Source: Thermoplasmatales archaeon I-plasma
GTDB lineage: Archaea; Thermoplasmatota; Thermoplasmata; Thermoplasmatales; GCA-001856825
Reading direction: 5' to 3'
NCBI GenBank assembly: GCA_031961395.1
Contig: JAVRLO010000001.1
Location: 1 to 51,491 of the forward strand
Length of the DNA stretch: 51,491 nt
Part shown: positions 28,397 to 37,557 of the stretch, in pieces
How the letters are laid out: the number at the start of each line of letters is the position of its first letter
Numbering within the stretch: the first letter of the stretch is position 1
Made by a program: the position numbers and the translations under genes
Notes under the pieces: model-generated
What the model was told of the DNA's origin: nothing
Database searches by the model: none
The model's input: the letters and a program-made list of their open reading frames with translations, nothing else

Positions 28397-28849
28397 TCAC
28401 TTCAATGGCAGGAATTTAGATCCTCTCGTTGCTCCAACACCTGGGCCAGAGTGCTTAACTTCTTTTCTTGTCTGTACAAATTCACCAACGTAATGCCCAA
28501 TCATTTCTTCCTTGATACTAAATGTTTGATATTGATGCCCGTCATAAACTGAAATAGTTTTACCGACATATTGGGGCAGAATTATAAGATCTCTAACCCT
28601 CGTTTTTACGGAGTCTCTTTCAAGTAATTTATCGTGCAATTTTTGTTGTTCTGAATTGTAACCTCTCTTCAAACTCCGACGAGCCCTTGAAGGAAGAATT
28701 TTGATCAGTTCGTCCATTTCCATAGATAATAATTCTTCTACTGTCTTTCCTTTGTAAAGAAGCTCTTTTCCTCTTTCCGTGAGTGACCTGGAAGTCTTCC
28801 TCTTCGTTCTCCTTATTGCTTTCTGTGATCTTCTCTTATCTTCAGCCAT
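28397..28849 (-). CDS. rps19: 30S ribosomal protein S19 (uS19)
   Basis: 150 aa with GHYVGEFVQTRKEVKHSGPGVGATRGSKF. The N-terminus is more basic and longer than usual. Confidence 0.93.
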   Translation of the reverse strand: MAEDKRRSQKAIRRTKRKTSRSLTERGKELLYKGKTVEELLSMEMDELIKILPSRARRSLKRGYNSEQQKLHDKLLERDSVKTRVRDLIILPQYVGKTISVYDGHQYQTFSIKEEMIGHYVGEFVQTRKEVKHSGPGVGATRGSKFLPLK

Positions 28850-28850
28850 T

Positions 28851-29549
28851 CTATTTCACCTTCCTCTTTGGTGATAATCTTCCAACTTTTCTTCCAGGGG
28901 GTGCATTCCTTCCCACCGTGGACGGTCTGCCAACGTGTTGATGGTTACCTCCTCCGTGAGGATGATTTATTGCATTCATTGCTATACCTCTAACAGAAAA
29001 TGGTCTCTTTGCTCTACTCTGATAAGCGTGAATTTTTTTACCCGCTTTGAGGAATGGCTTTGTATTTCTCCCTCCTCCGCCAGCCACTCCAATAGTAGCA
29101 AAACAAGAAGGCATTATATCTTTCATCTTTCCTGATGGTAGTTTAACAGTTACTTTCTCTCCGTGAGCAACAATCGTGCAGAAACTTCCAGGAGTTCTTG
29201 CTATATTTCCTCCGGATCCGGGTCTTAATTCCACATTGTATATTAAGGTTCCATCAGGTATAAGTCCCAGTGGAAGAGCATTCCCCTCAACCGGTAAAGC
29301 ATCCGCACCTACACTTACCTTTTGACCAACAAACATTCCAGAATGTGCTATAAATAATTCATCCTTCTGATCGTTTGTTCTTATAAGAGCTACCGGAGCG
29401 TAATGTCCCGGATCCCTTACCAGCTTTGTTACTTTTCCTTCTAGTTTCCTAGATTCTGGATATTTAATATCTCCGTAATGTCTGTGACTGGGACTTCTGT
29501 AAACGATGCCTCCACGACCCCTTCTTTGTACCAAAATTCTCTTTCCCAT
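28851..29549 (-). CDS. rpl2: 50S ribosomal protein L2 (uL2)
   Basis: 232 aa with MGKRILVQRRGRGG and HPHGGGNHQHVG. Confidence 0.96.
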   Translation of the reverse strand: MGKRILVQRRGRGGIVYRSPSHRHYGDIKYPESRKLEGKVTKLVRDPGHYAPVALIRTNDQKDELFIAHSGMFVGQKVSVGADALPVEGNALPLGLIPDGTLIYNVELRPGSGGNIARTPGSFCTIVAHGEKVTVKLPSGKMKDIMPSCFATIGVAGGGGRNTKPFLKAGKKIHAYQSRAKRPFSVRGIAMNAINHPHGGGNHQHVGRPSTVGRNAPPGRKVGRLSPKRKVK

Positions 29550-29558
29550 TATTTCACC

Positions 29559-29828
29559 TCAGAATATACCTAATTTAGTTGCCAATTCCTCTGCAGAGGA
29601 TGTTTTGGCCAACTTCACAATCGCCTTCTTCCCTTCCTTGTCTCTAACTATATTGACACTTTCTACCTTCATACTTGATATTTCTTCGACTGCCTTCTTA
29701 ACCTGATCTCTAGTTGCAGATTCATGTACAACAAACCATATCTTATTTTCCCTTTCGATCTGCAGCATGGATTTTTCTGTGACAAATGGTTTCAACAGGA
29801 TATCATAGGGGTTCTTCATTGATCCCAC
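29559..29828 (-). CDS. rpl23: 50S ribosomal protein L23 (uL23)
   Basis: 89 aa with LKPFVTEKSM and operon order. Confidence 0.92.
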   Translation of the reverse strand: MGSMKNPYDILLKPFVTEKSMLQIERENKIWFVVHESATRDQVKKAVEEISSMKVESVNIVRDKEGKKAIVKLAKTSSAEELATKLGIF

Positions 29829-30574
29829 CCCCTGATAACTTCTAACGCAGACTCAGATAGAACTGTCAATCTACCAGGATGACCACCTGGTGCGAGTAAG
29901 TAAGCATTCAAATCGTGAGGAGTTGCTACATCTACACCTGGTAGGTTTTGGACCGCTTTTTTAATATTTTCCTTATTCCTGACAATTATGAGAACACTCT
30001 TCGGGGTTATATATTTCCTACCTCTACTCTTTCCCCTTCCTGCCCTTATCTTCGTGCCTTCCTTTGCTCTTGCAATATCTTCATATATTCCTATCTTTTG
30101 GAATAATTGAACAACCTGTGATGTTTCATTTATTTCTTCAAATCCGTCCTCAATTATCACCGGGAGCGATTCCACGTTAAATATATGCCCCCTTTTCTTT
30201 ACATAATCGAGATCTGCAACTGACGCTAATGCTGATAATTTTACAAATTTTCTTTCCTTTCTATTCATTTTCATATGCCAGTTCCTAGTAACTACTGGAT
30301 GGTGAGCAGACCTTCCTCCCCTGGCATTTGATAACAGAACTCCTCTAGTAGTACCAGAAACTCTTGGATATCTTGAAATGCCATGATTTGGACCTAGGTT
30401 ATGACCTACTCTTCTATTACCAGCAAAATAGTATGAACCGTATGGAACCCTTGAATTTGACATGTATGTGTTGAAGAATTGTACTATCATGTCTTCTCTT
30501 ACAGGGTAATTAAACACCTTGGGAAGTTCAATTTGCTTAAATTTTTCACCTTTAGTAGAATAAATTATTGCCAT
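29816..30574 (-). CDS. rpl4: 50S ribosomal protein L4 (uL4)
   Basis: 252 aa, positioned between L3 and L23, with RGGRSAHHP. Confidence 0.93.
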   Translation of the reverse strand: MAIIYSTKGEKFKQIELPKVFNYPVREDMIVQFFNTYMSNSRVPYGSYYFAGNRRVGHNLGPNHGISRYPRVSGTTRGVLLSNARGGRSAHHPVVTRNWHMKMNRKERKFVKLSALASVADLDYVKKRGHIFNVESLPVIIEDGFEEINETSQVVQLFQKIGIYEDIARAKEGTKIRAGRGKSRGRKYITPKSVLIIVRNKENIKKAVQNLPGVDVATPHDLNAYLLAPGGHPGRLTVLSESALEVIRGWDQ

Positions 30575-30576
30575 TT

Positions 30577-31566
30577 TTACACCCCCTGTTTACTTTCGGT
30601 AGATATATACGTAAGCTTTATCGATTCAACATCAGGAGAAACCTGCCTGATTGGATCCCTTAGCTTAATTATCCTCTTTACTGGGCCTGGTATTGATCCG
30701 TGTATAAGGATGTAATTATTCACGACTTCTCCATAGTTAACAAACCCACCTTTGGGAGTAATCGAATTCTGAGAAGGGCTTCCATAATAAAGTATTCTTT
30801 TATTGAATTCTGTTCTTTGGTGGAATCCTGTTTGACCAGCCTGAGGAACGGTATTTCTTACCCAATCAGGATGCCAAGGACCTAAAGTTCCAATCATCCT
30901 TCTATGTTTTCTATTCTTATATGGTAGGAGCTTAACCCCCCATCTTTTAATATGACCCTGGAATCCTTTTCCTTTTGTTACTGCTATTACATCAACAAAT
31001 TTTCCCGGCTTTGAAAACTCATCAAATGAAACCTCTTTCCCCAATAAACTATGCGCATATTCTATCCTTTCTTTTAGCGTCCCTCCGCCAACTCTTATCT
31101 CAGTTAAATCTGGCGTTTTCTTTGATATTGCCTTCAGCTTTTTATTTTGTATCAAAGCCAGTACATTTATATTGGTAACTTCGTTAAAATTTATTTCTTT
31201 AGGTTTATATTCTTTAGGAATAGGAACTATTTCCTTTAATTCGTTAAAGGAATTCTTGTCTAGGACTTCACCTAAAGAATATTCTCCGTATGCATTACGC
31301 CCGTAATACCTCACACCTACAATTTTTATGGGCGGTACCTCAACTACAGTCACAGCAGAAGATACTTCTGAAGCTGCAGTAGTACTGTATTTCCTGTAGT
31401 CCATAAACAATGCATGTGTAGTTCCAGCCTTAAACCCAATGAATCCTTGGAGCTTAGGCTTACCGTTTAATTCAGGCCAAGACCTGATATGAGGTATAAT
31501 AGACCTTGCCCTTTTCCTGGGATAGTATCCCATAGACCCGTGTCTCGAATGATTTGGCGTTGCCAT
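30577..31566 (-). CDS. rpl3: 50S ribosomal protein L3 (uL3)
   Basis: 329 aa with HSRHGSMGYYPRKRA and KGKGFQGHIKRWG. It is the first gene of the cluster. Confidence 0.95.
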   Translation of the reverse strand: MATPNHSRHGSMGYYPRKRARSIIPHIRSWPELNGKPKLQGFIGFKAGTTHALFMDYRKYSTTAASEVSSAVTVVEVPPIKIVGVRYYGRNAYGEYSLGEVLDKNSFNELKEIVPIPKEYKPKEINFNEVTNINVLALIQNKKLKAISKKTPDLTEIRVGGGTLKERIEYAHSLLGKEVSFDEFSKPGKFVDVIAVTKGKGFQGHIKRWGVKLLPYKNRKHRRMIGTLGPWHPDWVRNTVPQAGQTGFHQRTEFNKRILYYGSPSQNSITPKGGFVNYGEVVNNYILIHGSIPGPVKRIIKLRDPIRQVSPDVESIKLTYISTESKQGV

Positions 31567-31690
31567 ATTTATTCACCGATGCATAGCCGTTGCGTCTTGA
31601 TGTTCTGAGAATTCAAGAACATCATAGGCATTTAGCCTGAGACGTGAAGCTAATGCTTTTCCAAGAACACTTAATCATATTTAAATCGAT
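31567..31690 (-). promoter_or_regulatory. Candidate promoter (TATA-like TTTAAATA) and structured leader of the L3 operon
   Basis: The minus strand reads TTTAAATA at 31685-31678, about 115 nt upstream of the L3 ATG. A 9-bp stem hairpin lies at 31598-31624 (tGATGTTCT...AGAACATCa). A second imperfect hairpin lies at 31628-31656. The segment is more GC-rich than other spacers. Confidence 0.35.
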
Positions 31691-31805
31691 CGCATTAAGA
31701 ATTTTAAGAGAAATAGGAGAAAATTTAGTGATTTAACGATTGGTTTATTCTCGTACTTCTAGTGAAGTTCTAATTCCAAGTTTTACGAGATCTTCTCTCA
31801 TTAGT

Positions 31806-32057
31806 TTATTGAAATTTAATGATCGCCTTATATTCCTCTTCAACACCTTCTATAGAGTTATAAAAATTTTTTATGGAAGAATTCAAATAAGTTCTGTACT
31901 TAACCATTTCTGCAAATTCAAGCGTTCTTTCTTCGCTTATATATGATTCTACTGTTCCTTCCTTGTCGCGCATACTTACGGGGTAATCAGGTATCAGGTT
32001 TCTAATTTGCAATAGGAGCAATTTTCGCCTTTTTAGCACGCTAACACCATCATTCAC
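31806..32057 (-). CDS. Small hypothetical protein (83 aa) overlapping the nrdJ stop by 8 nt
   Basis: Open frame MNDGVSVLKRRKLLLLQIRN... No family recognised. The start overlaps the 3' end of nrdJ, implying co-transcription. Confidence 0.4.
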   Translation of the reverse strand: MNDGVSVLKRRKLLLLQIRNLIPDYPVSMRDKEGTVESYISEERTLEFAEMVKYRTYLNSSIKNFYNSIEGVEEEYKAIIKFQ

Positions 32058-34359
32058 ATTTTGAATAACCGCATGTCATGCAGGTCAAACAGCCATTTTC
32101 AGATACCAGTGTATCATTACCACATTTTGGACAAGTCATGAAAGGAGATTTTTTTGTTTCTGGTTCGGTCTTGAGCTTACTTACTATAAAACCTTCGGTT
32201 AATGTTGATTGAGGTTGCCCCCCTTTCATAGATAGCTCTATTGCTTTTGCAACTCCATCAGGTACTGAGGTAATTTTCATTCCACTGACGAATGTCACGC
32301 TTTTTCCCTTGATTCCACTCATAGCTTTTATTACCTTCGAGATATCGCCTCCTTGCTGAAGGTAAAGTGAAATCAGCCTCCCTATTGCCTCAGAATAAGC
32401 CTTTTCCTCTGTTCCTGACTTTCCGACATTGACAAAGACTTCCATTGGTTTTCCTTCTTCATCGAAATTTATTGTAGTATACAATTTTCCACTTTCTATT
32501 AAAGGAAATACTATCGTTCTGCCTGTAAGTATCATAGGCCTTTCGAAATTTTGCTCTGTCTTCTTATTCATTTCTTTTTCTGTTATCAGTATTCCTTCTC
32601 TAGAACCTTCTCTGTAAACTGTGATTCCCTTGCATCCAGCCTTCCATGCCTCTAAATATATTTTGCCTACTTCATCCGTAGTTGCGTCTGAAGGAAGATT
32701 AACAGTAGAAGATATAGAATGATCTATATATTTCTGTATGGTTGCCTGCATCTTAACTCTAAACATTGGATCAATATTATGAGCTTCAATAAAGTAGTCT
32801 GGTAGATCTTTTTCATCTGTTATACCATATATATTCATATACTCCCTGACCAAAGGATGAAACACCTTAAATGAGCTTTTTGACAAACTTTCACTTCTGC
32901 GGGTATAGGAAAAGGCAAATATGGGTTCAATTCCACTGGATGTACCTGCAAGCACAGACCCACTACCAACAGGTGGGACTGTCAATAGGGCAACATTTCT
33001 CAGACCATACTCTCTGATCTTCTCTAAAACGGATTGGTCCAGTCTTCTTATAAATTGAGACTTAAGATGCTTTTCTAGATCAAAAGCAGGGAATACACCC
33101 TTTTCTTTTGCTATATTGCAGCTTTCGTCATAAACAATATTCGTTATCCTCTTGAAGAGTGAATCTACAAATTCAATAGCTATAGAAGAATCGTACTTTA
33201 TCTTCATTTTAATGAGCATATCCGCCAGTCCGGTAAATCCTACTCCTATTCTTCTTCCCTTCTTGGCCTCCTCGGTCTGCTGTTTAAGGGGATGCTTATA
33301 AAGATTGTAATCAGTTACGTCATCCAGAAACCTTACAGAATAACGAAGAGCTTTTTCAAGGTTATCCCAATCTACCTCTGGATTCTCGAATGGATTCTTC
33401 ACGAATTGTGATAGATTCAAATTGCCAAGATTGCAAGCTCCATAAGGCTCTAAAGGAATTTCAGAGCAAGGATTAGTGGTTAAGATCTCCATACCGTTGT
33501 ATTCGGATGTGCTTTCTTTTTTCATGGTGTCCCAAAATATAAGGCCAGGTTCAGCCCAGTTCCTGGCTGATTCAATAAGTTCGTTCCACAAGTTTCTAGC
33601 TTTTATCTTTCTCTCAATTCTCTTGACCTTGTCACTTTCATATTTCAGAGTGAAATCATCGTCTTCCTCAACTGCCTTCAAGAATTCGTCTGTTATTCTA
33701 ACGGATATGTTGGCATATCTTACGCTTTTCAGATCCCTTTTTATTCGTATAAAATCAAAAATATCTGGATGATCTATCTTCATTGTTATCATAAGTGCTC
33801 CTCTTCTACCTGCCTGACCTATGGTTCCTGTAGTTTCTGACATAATATTCATGAAGGATACAGCACCCGTAGATCTTAAGGCTGCATTATTTACTGGAGC
33901 ACCTTTAGGTCTAAGTATGGTTATATCTGTTCCAACTCCTCCTCCAAGGGAATAAGTTCTTGCTGCTTCCTTTGTCCAATCAAAAATGGCCTCAAGTGAG
34001 TCGTCCTTAATAGGGATAACATAGCAGTTATTCAAGGTAGCTCTTCTTCCATATTTTTCCTGACCCGCTCCGAATAATATTCGTCCTCCGGGGACCATTT
34101 TAAAATCAGAAAGCAGCCAAAAAAATCTATCCTTCCATTCTTTCCTGATATTCTCAGGTTCCACAGAGGCGATTTCAGATGCAACTCTCTCCCACATTTC
34201 CAGTGGAGTACGCTCGACCAGTTTACCCTGACCATCCTTCATTGCATACTTATCAATAAAAACCCTTGCCCGTAACTCGTCGTTACCAAAAAATAATAAC
34301 GTCTCGTCAGGAATAGTTAATAAACCTGAATCTTCATCGTTAAAGTCTTCACCAGTCAT
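32050..34359 (-). CDS. nrdJ: Ribonucleoside-diphosphate/triphosphate reductase, class II (adenosylcobalamin-dependent)
   Basis: 769 aa. TTNPCSEIPLEPYGACNLGNLNL is the active-site Cys/Glu/Asn region, and there is a C-terminal CPKCG...CLTCMTCG zinc ribbon. GGTGA Shine-Dalgarno sequence 4 nt before the ATG. No intein-like insertion. Confidence 0.9.
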   Translation of the reverse strand: MTGEDFNDEDSGLLTIPDETLLFFGNDELRARVFIDKYAMKDGQGKLVERTPLEMWERVASEIASVEPENIRKEWKDRFFWLLSDFKMVPGGRILFGAGQEKYGRRATLNNCYVIPIKDDSLEAIFDWTKEAARTYSLGGGVGTDITILRPKGAPVNNAALRSTGAVSFMNIMSETTGTIGQAGRRGALMITMKIDHPDIFDFIRIKRDLKSVRYANISVRITDEFLKAVEEDDDFTLKYESDKVKRIERKIKARNLWNELIESARNWAEPGLIFWDTMKKESTSEYNGMEILTTNPCSEIPLEPYGACNLGNLNLSQFVKNPFENPEVDWDNLEKALRYSVRFLDDVTDYNLYKHPLKQQTEEAKKGRRIGVGFTGLADMLIKMKIKYDSSIAIEFVDSLFKRITNIVYDESCNIAKEKGVFPAFDLEKHLKSQFIRRLDQSVLEKIREYGLRNVALLTVPPVGSGSVLAGTSSGIEPIFAFSYTRRSESLSKSSFKVFHPLVREYMNIYGITDEKDLPDYFIEAHNIDPMFRVKMQATIQKYIDHSISSTVNLPSDATTDEVGKIYLEAWKAGCKGITVYREGSREGILITEKEMNKKTEQNFERPMILTGRTIVFPLIESGKLYTTINFDEEGKPMEVFVNVGKSGTEEKAYSEAIGRLISLYLQQGGDISKVIKAMSGIKGKSVTFVSGMKITSVPDGVAKAIELSMKGGQPQSTLTEGFIVSKLKTEPETKKSPFMTCPKCGNDTLVSENGCLTCMTCGYSKCE

Positions 34360-34605
34360 ACTTTCACCGTAATTCGAACCTATACTTATTAGATTATAAA
34401 TCGTTCTATTACTATCTTTTTATTAAGTTTATGACTATTTTTTACATATTTTAAAAGGTATATGACTAATCCTTAAAGAGATAAATGATCACTCTTATTA
34501 AAAAATATTACAGTGTTTTCTAATCTAAAAATTATTTAAACTCTTGACAAAAATTCTCTAAATAAATATGATAAAATATAAATATTAATTTTTAATTTAT
34601 GAGGT

Positions 34606-34965
34606 ATGAGTCAGGGATTTTCAAGTGAAGATGATAAATTATCTGCTTTACTGATGCAGATGGGTGTTCCACGAAACGTTGCTAAGGCATTAGTTTATAT
34701 GAAGGGAAAGCCTGAAACAACCTCAGTAGAGATTGAAAAAAATGCCAATTTAAGGCAACCTGAAGTTTCTATTGCGATGAGGATTTTGAAGGAACACGGA
34801 TGGATTGTCAAGAGGGATATAAAAAAGGAAGGTAAAGGGAGGCCTGTCCACGGATATAGACTTTCAAAGCCCTTCATAGATATTATAAAGGAATTAGAAG
34901 AAGAACAGAAAAAGAAGATTCAAGATATGCAGAATGTTTTAGGGCAGATTCAGAATTTAATTTAA
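34606..34965 (+). CDS. Winged-helix DNA-binding protein (ArsR/TrmB-like), divergent from nrdJ
   Basis: 119 aa with an HTH-like TSVEIEKNANLRQPEVSIAMRILKEHGWI followed by a wing, KKEGKGRPVHGYRL. Confidence 0.6.
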   Translation: MSQGFSSEDDKLSALLMQMGVPRNVAKALVYMKGKPETTSVEIEKNANLRQPEVSIAMRILKEHGWIVKRDIKKEGKGRPVHGYRLSKPFIDIIKELEEEQKKKIQDMQNVLGQIQNLI

Positions 34966-35615
34966 TTTTTAATCAATTTTACTTCGACTCCATTGGCAAC
35001 AATAATTGTTTTTTTGAAGTTTATAAATAAACCTGTTTCAACAACTCCATTAATCGCTTTTATTTCTCTTTCAACTTCTTTTAAATTAATGTCTCCAGTT
35101 GGTATACAATCAACAATGTAGTTGCCGTTGTCTGTTATGAAATTTTCTCTAAGTCTGCAGACAAATTTTAGATTTTCTATTGACTCTATAGTTTTCTTCT
35201 TTCCAAATGGTAGTATCTCAATTGGTATCCCCATATGTTCTGGAATTCTTTTTACCAGCTTTTCATCAGATGCAATAATTACGTAATTATTTGATGATAG
35301 AGCTACTTTTTTTTCTCTAGTAAGTGCACCCCCTCCTCCTTTTAAAAGATTCCCATCTTGATCAATTTCGTCAGCCCCATCAACAGTAACATCTATCCTA
35401 TCAATATCGTCTAGGTCGACAATTTTTATGCCAAGCTGTTTTGCCAGATTTTCAGTGTTAATAGAGGTTGCAACACCCACTATGGAATTAATTAAATTAT
35501 TTTTAGATAATAATTTTATGAATTCGTTAGCTGTTGTTCCTGTCCCGAGCCCCACCACATTCCCTGGTGATATAAATTTTAATGCTTCTGACGCTGCTTG
35601 TACCTTTTTATCCAT
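34962..35615 (-). CDS. rpiA: Ribose-5-phosphate isomerase A
   Basis: 217 aa with the motifs GLGTGTTA, DGADEID and LKGGGGALTREK. Confidence 0.92.
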   Translation of the reverse strand: MDKKVQAASEALKFISPGNVVGLGTGTTANEFIKLLSKNNLINSIVGVATSINTENLAKQLGIKIVDLDDIDRIDVTVDGADEIDQDGNLLKGGGGALTREKKVALSSNNYVIIASDEKLVKRIPEHMGIPIEILPFGKKKTIESIENLKFVCRLRENFITDNGNYIVDCIPTGDINLKEVEREIKAINGVVETGLFINFKKTIIVANGVEVKLIKN

Positions 35616-36264
35616 ATGTGATCAAAGTGTATATAGGGTCTCTTGATAAAACTATTGGTATCCCAAAATCTGTTACTACTGATATACTGAAGTTCGATAC
35701 GTTCAATATTTCAAAATTTATTTTTGATAGTTTTAGCCTTCTGAGATAGTTAGCAACAAAAATATTCGCTCTTCCTTTTAATGTATCCTTGAATTTTATA
35801 AAATTTTCTTCTAACAATAAAAATACTTCTTTACCTTTTCTTTCTTCCACTAAAAATCCCAGATTTTCCAGCAATCTGATTTTCTTATTTGCATTTACTC
35901 TATTTAGATTTAAATCCTTTAAATTTATTTCATCTTTATTTAACAAGCGTGACATTATTATTTGTGAGGTACTAAAATTTAATGCATCTAAATATTTTAA
36001 TTCATTCTCCGATATTATTCCTTTTATCCAGTACTTATTTTTTCCACTATTCTGGGATAATATATTTGCGTCAGCCAATTTCCTAGTGTGCCATTCAACT
36101 GTCTTCGGATCAATTCCCAGGGATTTTGCAATATATGCGGAAGTTCTTCCCGGAACGAAACTTATGTTACTAAAAATTTTACAGACTAGTTCGTTGGATA
36201 TAACGCTTTCATCTTTCAGACCGTAATTATTATACAGCTCAATAAGAGGGTGCATATTTTTCAT
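35608..36264 (-). CDS. Hypothetical protein with two winged-helix-like segments
   Basis: 218 aa. RTSAYIAKSLGIDPKTVEWHTRKLADANIL is HTH-like, and a second segment, IRLLENLGFLVEERKGKEVF, follows. It overlaps the xerA stop by 26 nt and the rpiA start by 8 nt. Confidence 0.45.
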   Translation of the reverse strand: MKNMHPLIELYNNYGLKDESVISNELVCKIFSNISFVPGRTSAYIAKSLGIDPKTVEWHTRKLADANILSQNSGKNKYWIKGIISENELKYLDALNFSTSQIIMSRLLNKDEINLKDLNLNRVNANKKIRLLENLGFLVEERKGKEVFLLLEENFIKFKDTLKGRANIFVANYLRRLKLSKINFEILNVSNFSISVVTDFGIPIVLSRDPIYTLITYG

Positions 36265-37102
36265 AACTCCTTCTCAATGATCCATCGTCAACGTGAGTGT
36301 ATATTTGAGTGGTACTTATACTTGCGTGCCCTAATAATATTTGAATGATTCTTATATCGGCTCCATTTCTTAATAAAGTTGTAGCAAAAGTATGCCTTAA
36401 AACGTGTGGAGTGACTTTCTTATTTATTCCTGCCCTTTTTGCAGCATTACGTATAATCCTTTCTACAGTTACTGAAGAGATTCTTCTGCTTTTGTTGGTT
36501 GGAAATAGGAATTCACTTTTTATCTTGTTTTCCTTTCTCTCTAAAAGATATTTTTTAATGTCAGGGATTATTTTCTCACTGAATATTACGAGCCTATCCT
36601 TGTCACCTTTTCCTCCCCTTATTTTAAGAGATTTATTTTCGAGGTCAATGTCATTTATTCTTATTGAACATAATTCGGAAACTCTTACGCCTGTATATGC
36701 TAGAAGTTCAACTATTAATCTTTCTTTGCTGTTCCTGCAGCTCCCTAACATTTTAGATACTTCCTGTTCAACAAGATAATTTGGGACTTTCTGAGCTCTC
36801 TTCGGAGGATTAAGGGGTCCTAAATCTTTAATCTCTAGAAAATCAAATAATGATTGCAAAGCTCTAATATATAGATAAACAGAAGCTTTAGAATAACCTA
36901 GATCAATGCTCAAATATTCCTTAAAATCCTCTATGTTTTTCCTTGAAATCTTAGTTTTGTCATAGTTAATGAATTCGAGATATTTTTGTGCTATGTATCC
37001 ATACATTTTAACTGTATTTTTGCTCTTTCCATTCGCATATAACCTATTTTTAAACTGTTCTGGAATACTACTATCAACTTTATTTTCCAATGTGGATTCC
37101 AT
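36239..37102 (-). CDS. xerA: Tyrosine recombinase XerA (XerC/D family)
   Basis: 287 aa with an N-terminal SAM-like core-binding domain. The catalytic residues are in YTGVRVSEL (R), HVLRHTFAT (HxxR) and LLGHASISTTQIYTHV (H...Y). Confidence 0.85.
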   Translation of the reverse strand: MESTLENKVDSSIPEQFKNRLYANGKSKNTVKMYGYIAQKYLEFINYDKTKISRKNIEDFKEYLSIDLGYSKASVYLYIRALQSLFDFLEIKDLGPLNPPKRAQKVPNYLVEQEVSKMLGSCRNSKERLIVELLAYTGVRVSELCSIRINDIDLENKSLKIRGGKGDKDRLVIFSEKIIPDIKKYLLERKENKIKSEFLFPTNKSRRISSVTVERIIRNAAKRAGINKKVTPHVLRHTFATTLLRNGADIRIIQILLGHASISTTQIYTHVDDGSLRRSYEKYAPSY

Positions 37103-37118
37103 GATAGTATGATTATAA

Positions 37119-37147
37119 ATATGACAAATATAAGACTTTTGTCATAT
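37119..37147. repeat. Perfect 10-bp inverted repeat (ATATGACAAA n9 TTTGTCATAT) just upstream of xerA
   Basis: Read directly. The arms are 37119-37128 and 37138-37147, lying 17-45 bp upstream of the xerA ATG and overlapping a TATA-like TTTATAAT on the minus strand. Confidence 0.6.
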
Positions 37148-37557
37148 ATGATACCCTTTATAATTTTCTGATAACTGTTAAAAAATCATTTCCTATTGAG
37201 GCTCTAGATAATTATTTAAACGCTTATATGTCACAAACAGAAATTATATCTAAATTCGAATTATGTTGCAATATATATACATCCAAATATTTTATCATTT
37301 TAAAAAAAGTTATTCTATTATGTACCATTAGGATGCTATTGAAACCAGAGATGAATTTCATTCAATCTATTCAGATATATCTTATAATTTTGTTATATTA
37401 TTCTTATCAAAGTGTTATAATTTATATGGTTTTAAAAGCTTAAAAAAGAACATTTACGATCGAATAAAAATAACAATCTAATTTCTGAAAAAGTTTCATT
37501 TTCATACTCAAAACTTTACCGAAAAATAATTTTATTATATGTGCTTTGAGTTGATTG

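Noticed and set aside
32050-34359. Possible intein in the class II RNR.
   Set aside because: The 769-aa length and the contiguous conserved blocks fit an intein-free NrdJ. I saw no Cys/Ser...HN-Cys splice-junction insertion.
34364-34380. GGTTCGAAT (minus strand), resembling a tRNA T-arm.
   Set aside because: No acceptor, D or anticodon arm context. The sequence is simply the nrdJ Shine-Dalgarno (GGTGA) region.
35608-37102. xerA plus the wHTH gene as an integrated mobile element.
   Set aside because: I spotted no flanking direct repeats, tRNA target or other phage/plasmid genes. The neighbours are housekeeping genes (rpiA, acd), and XerA is a core archaeal gene.
37119-37147. The palindrome upstream of xerA as the chromosomal dif site.
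   Set aside because: The arms are separated by 9 nt rather than the 6-8 nt central region of known Xer sites, and it overlaps the likely promoter. An operator role is at least as likely, so it is reported only as a repeat.
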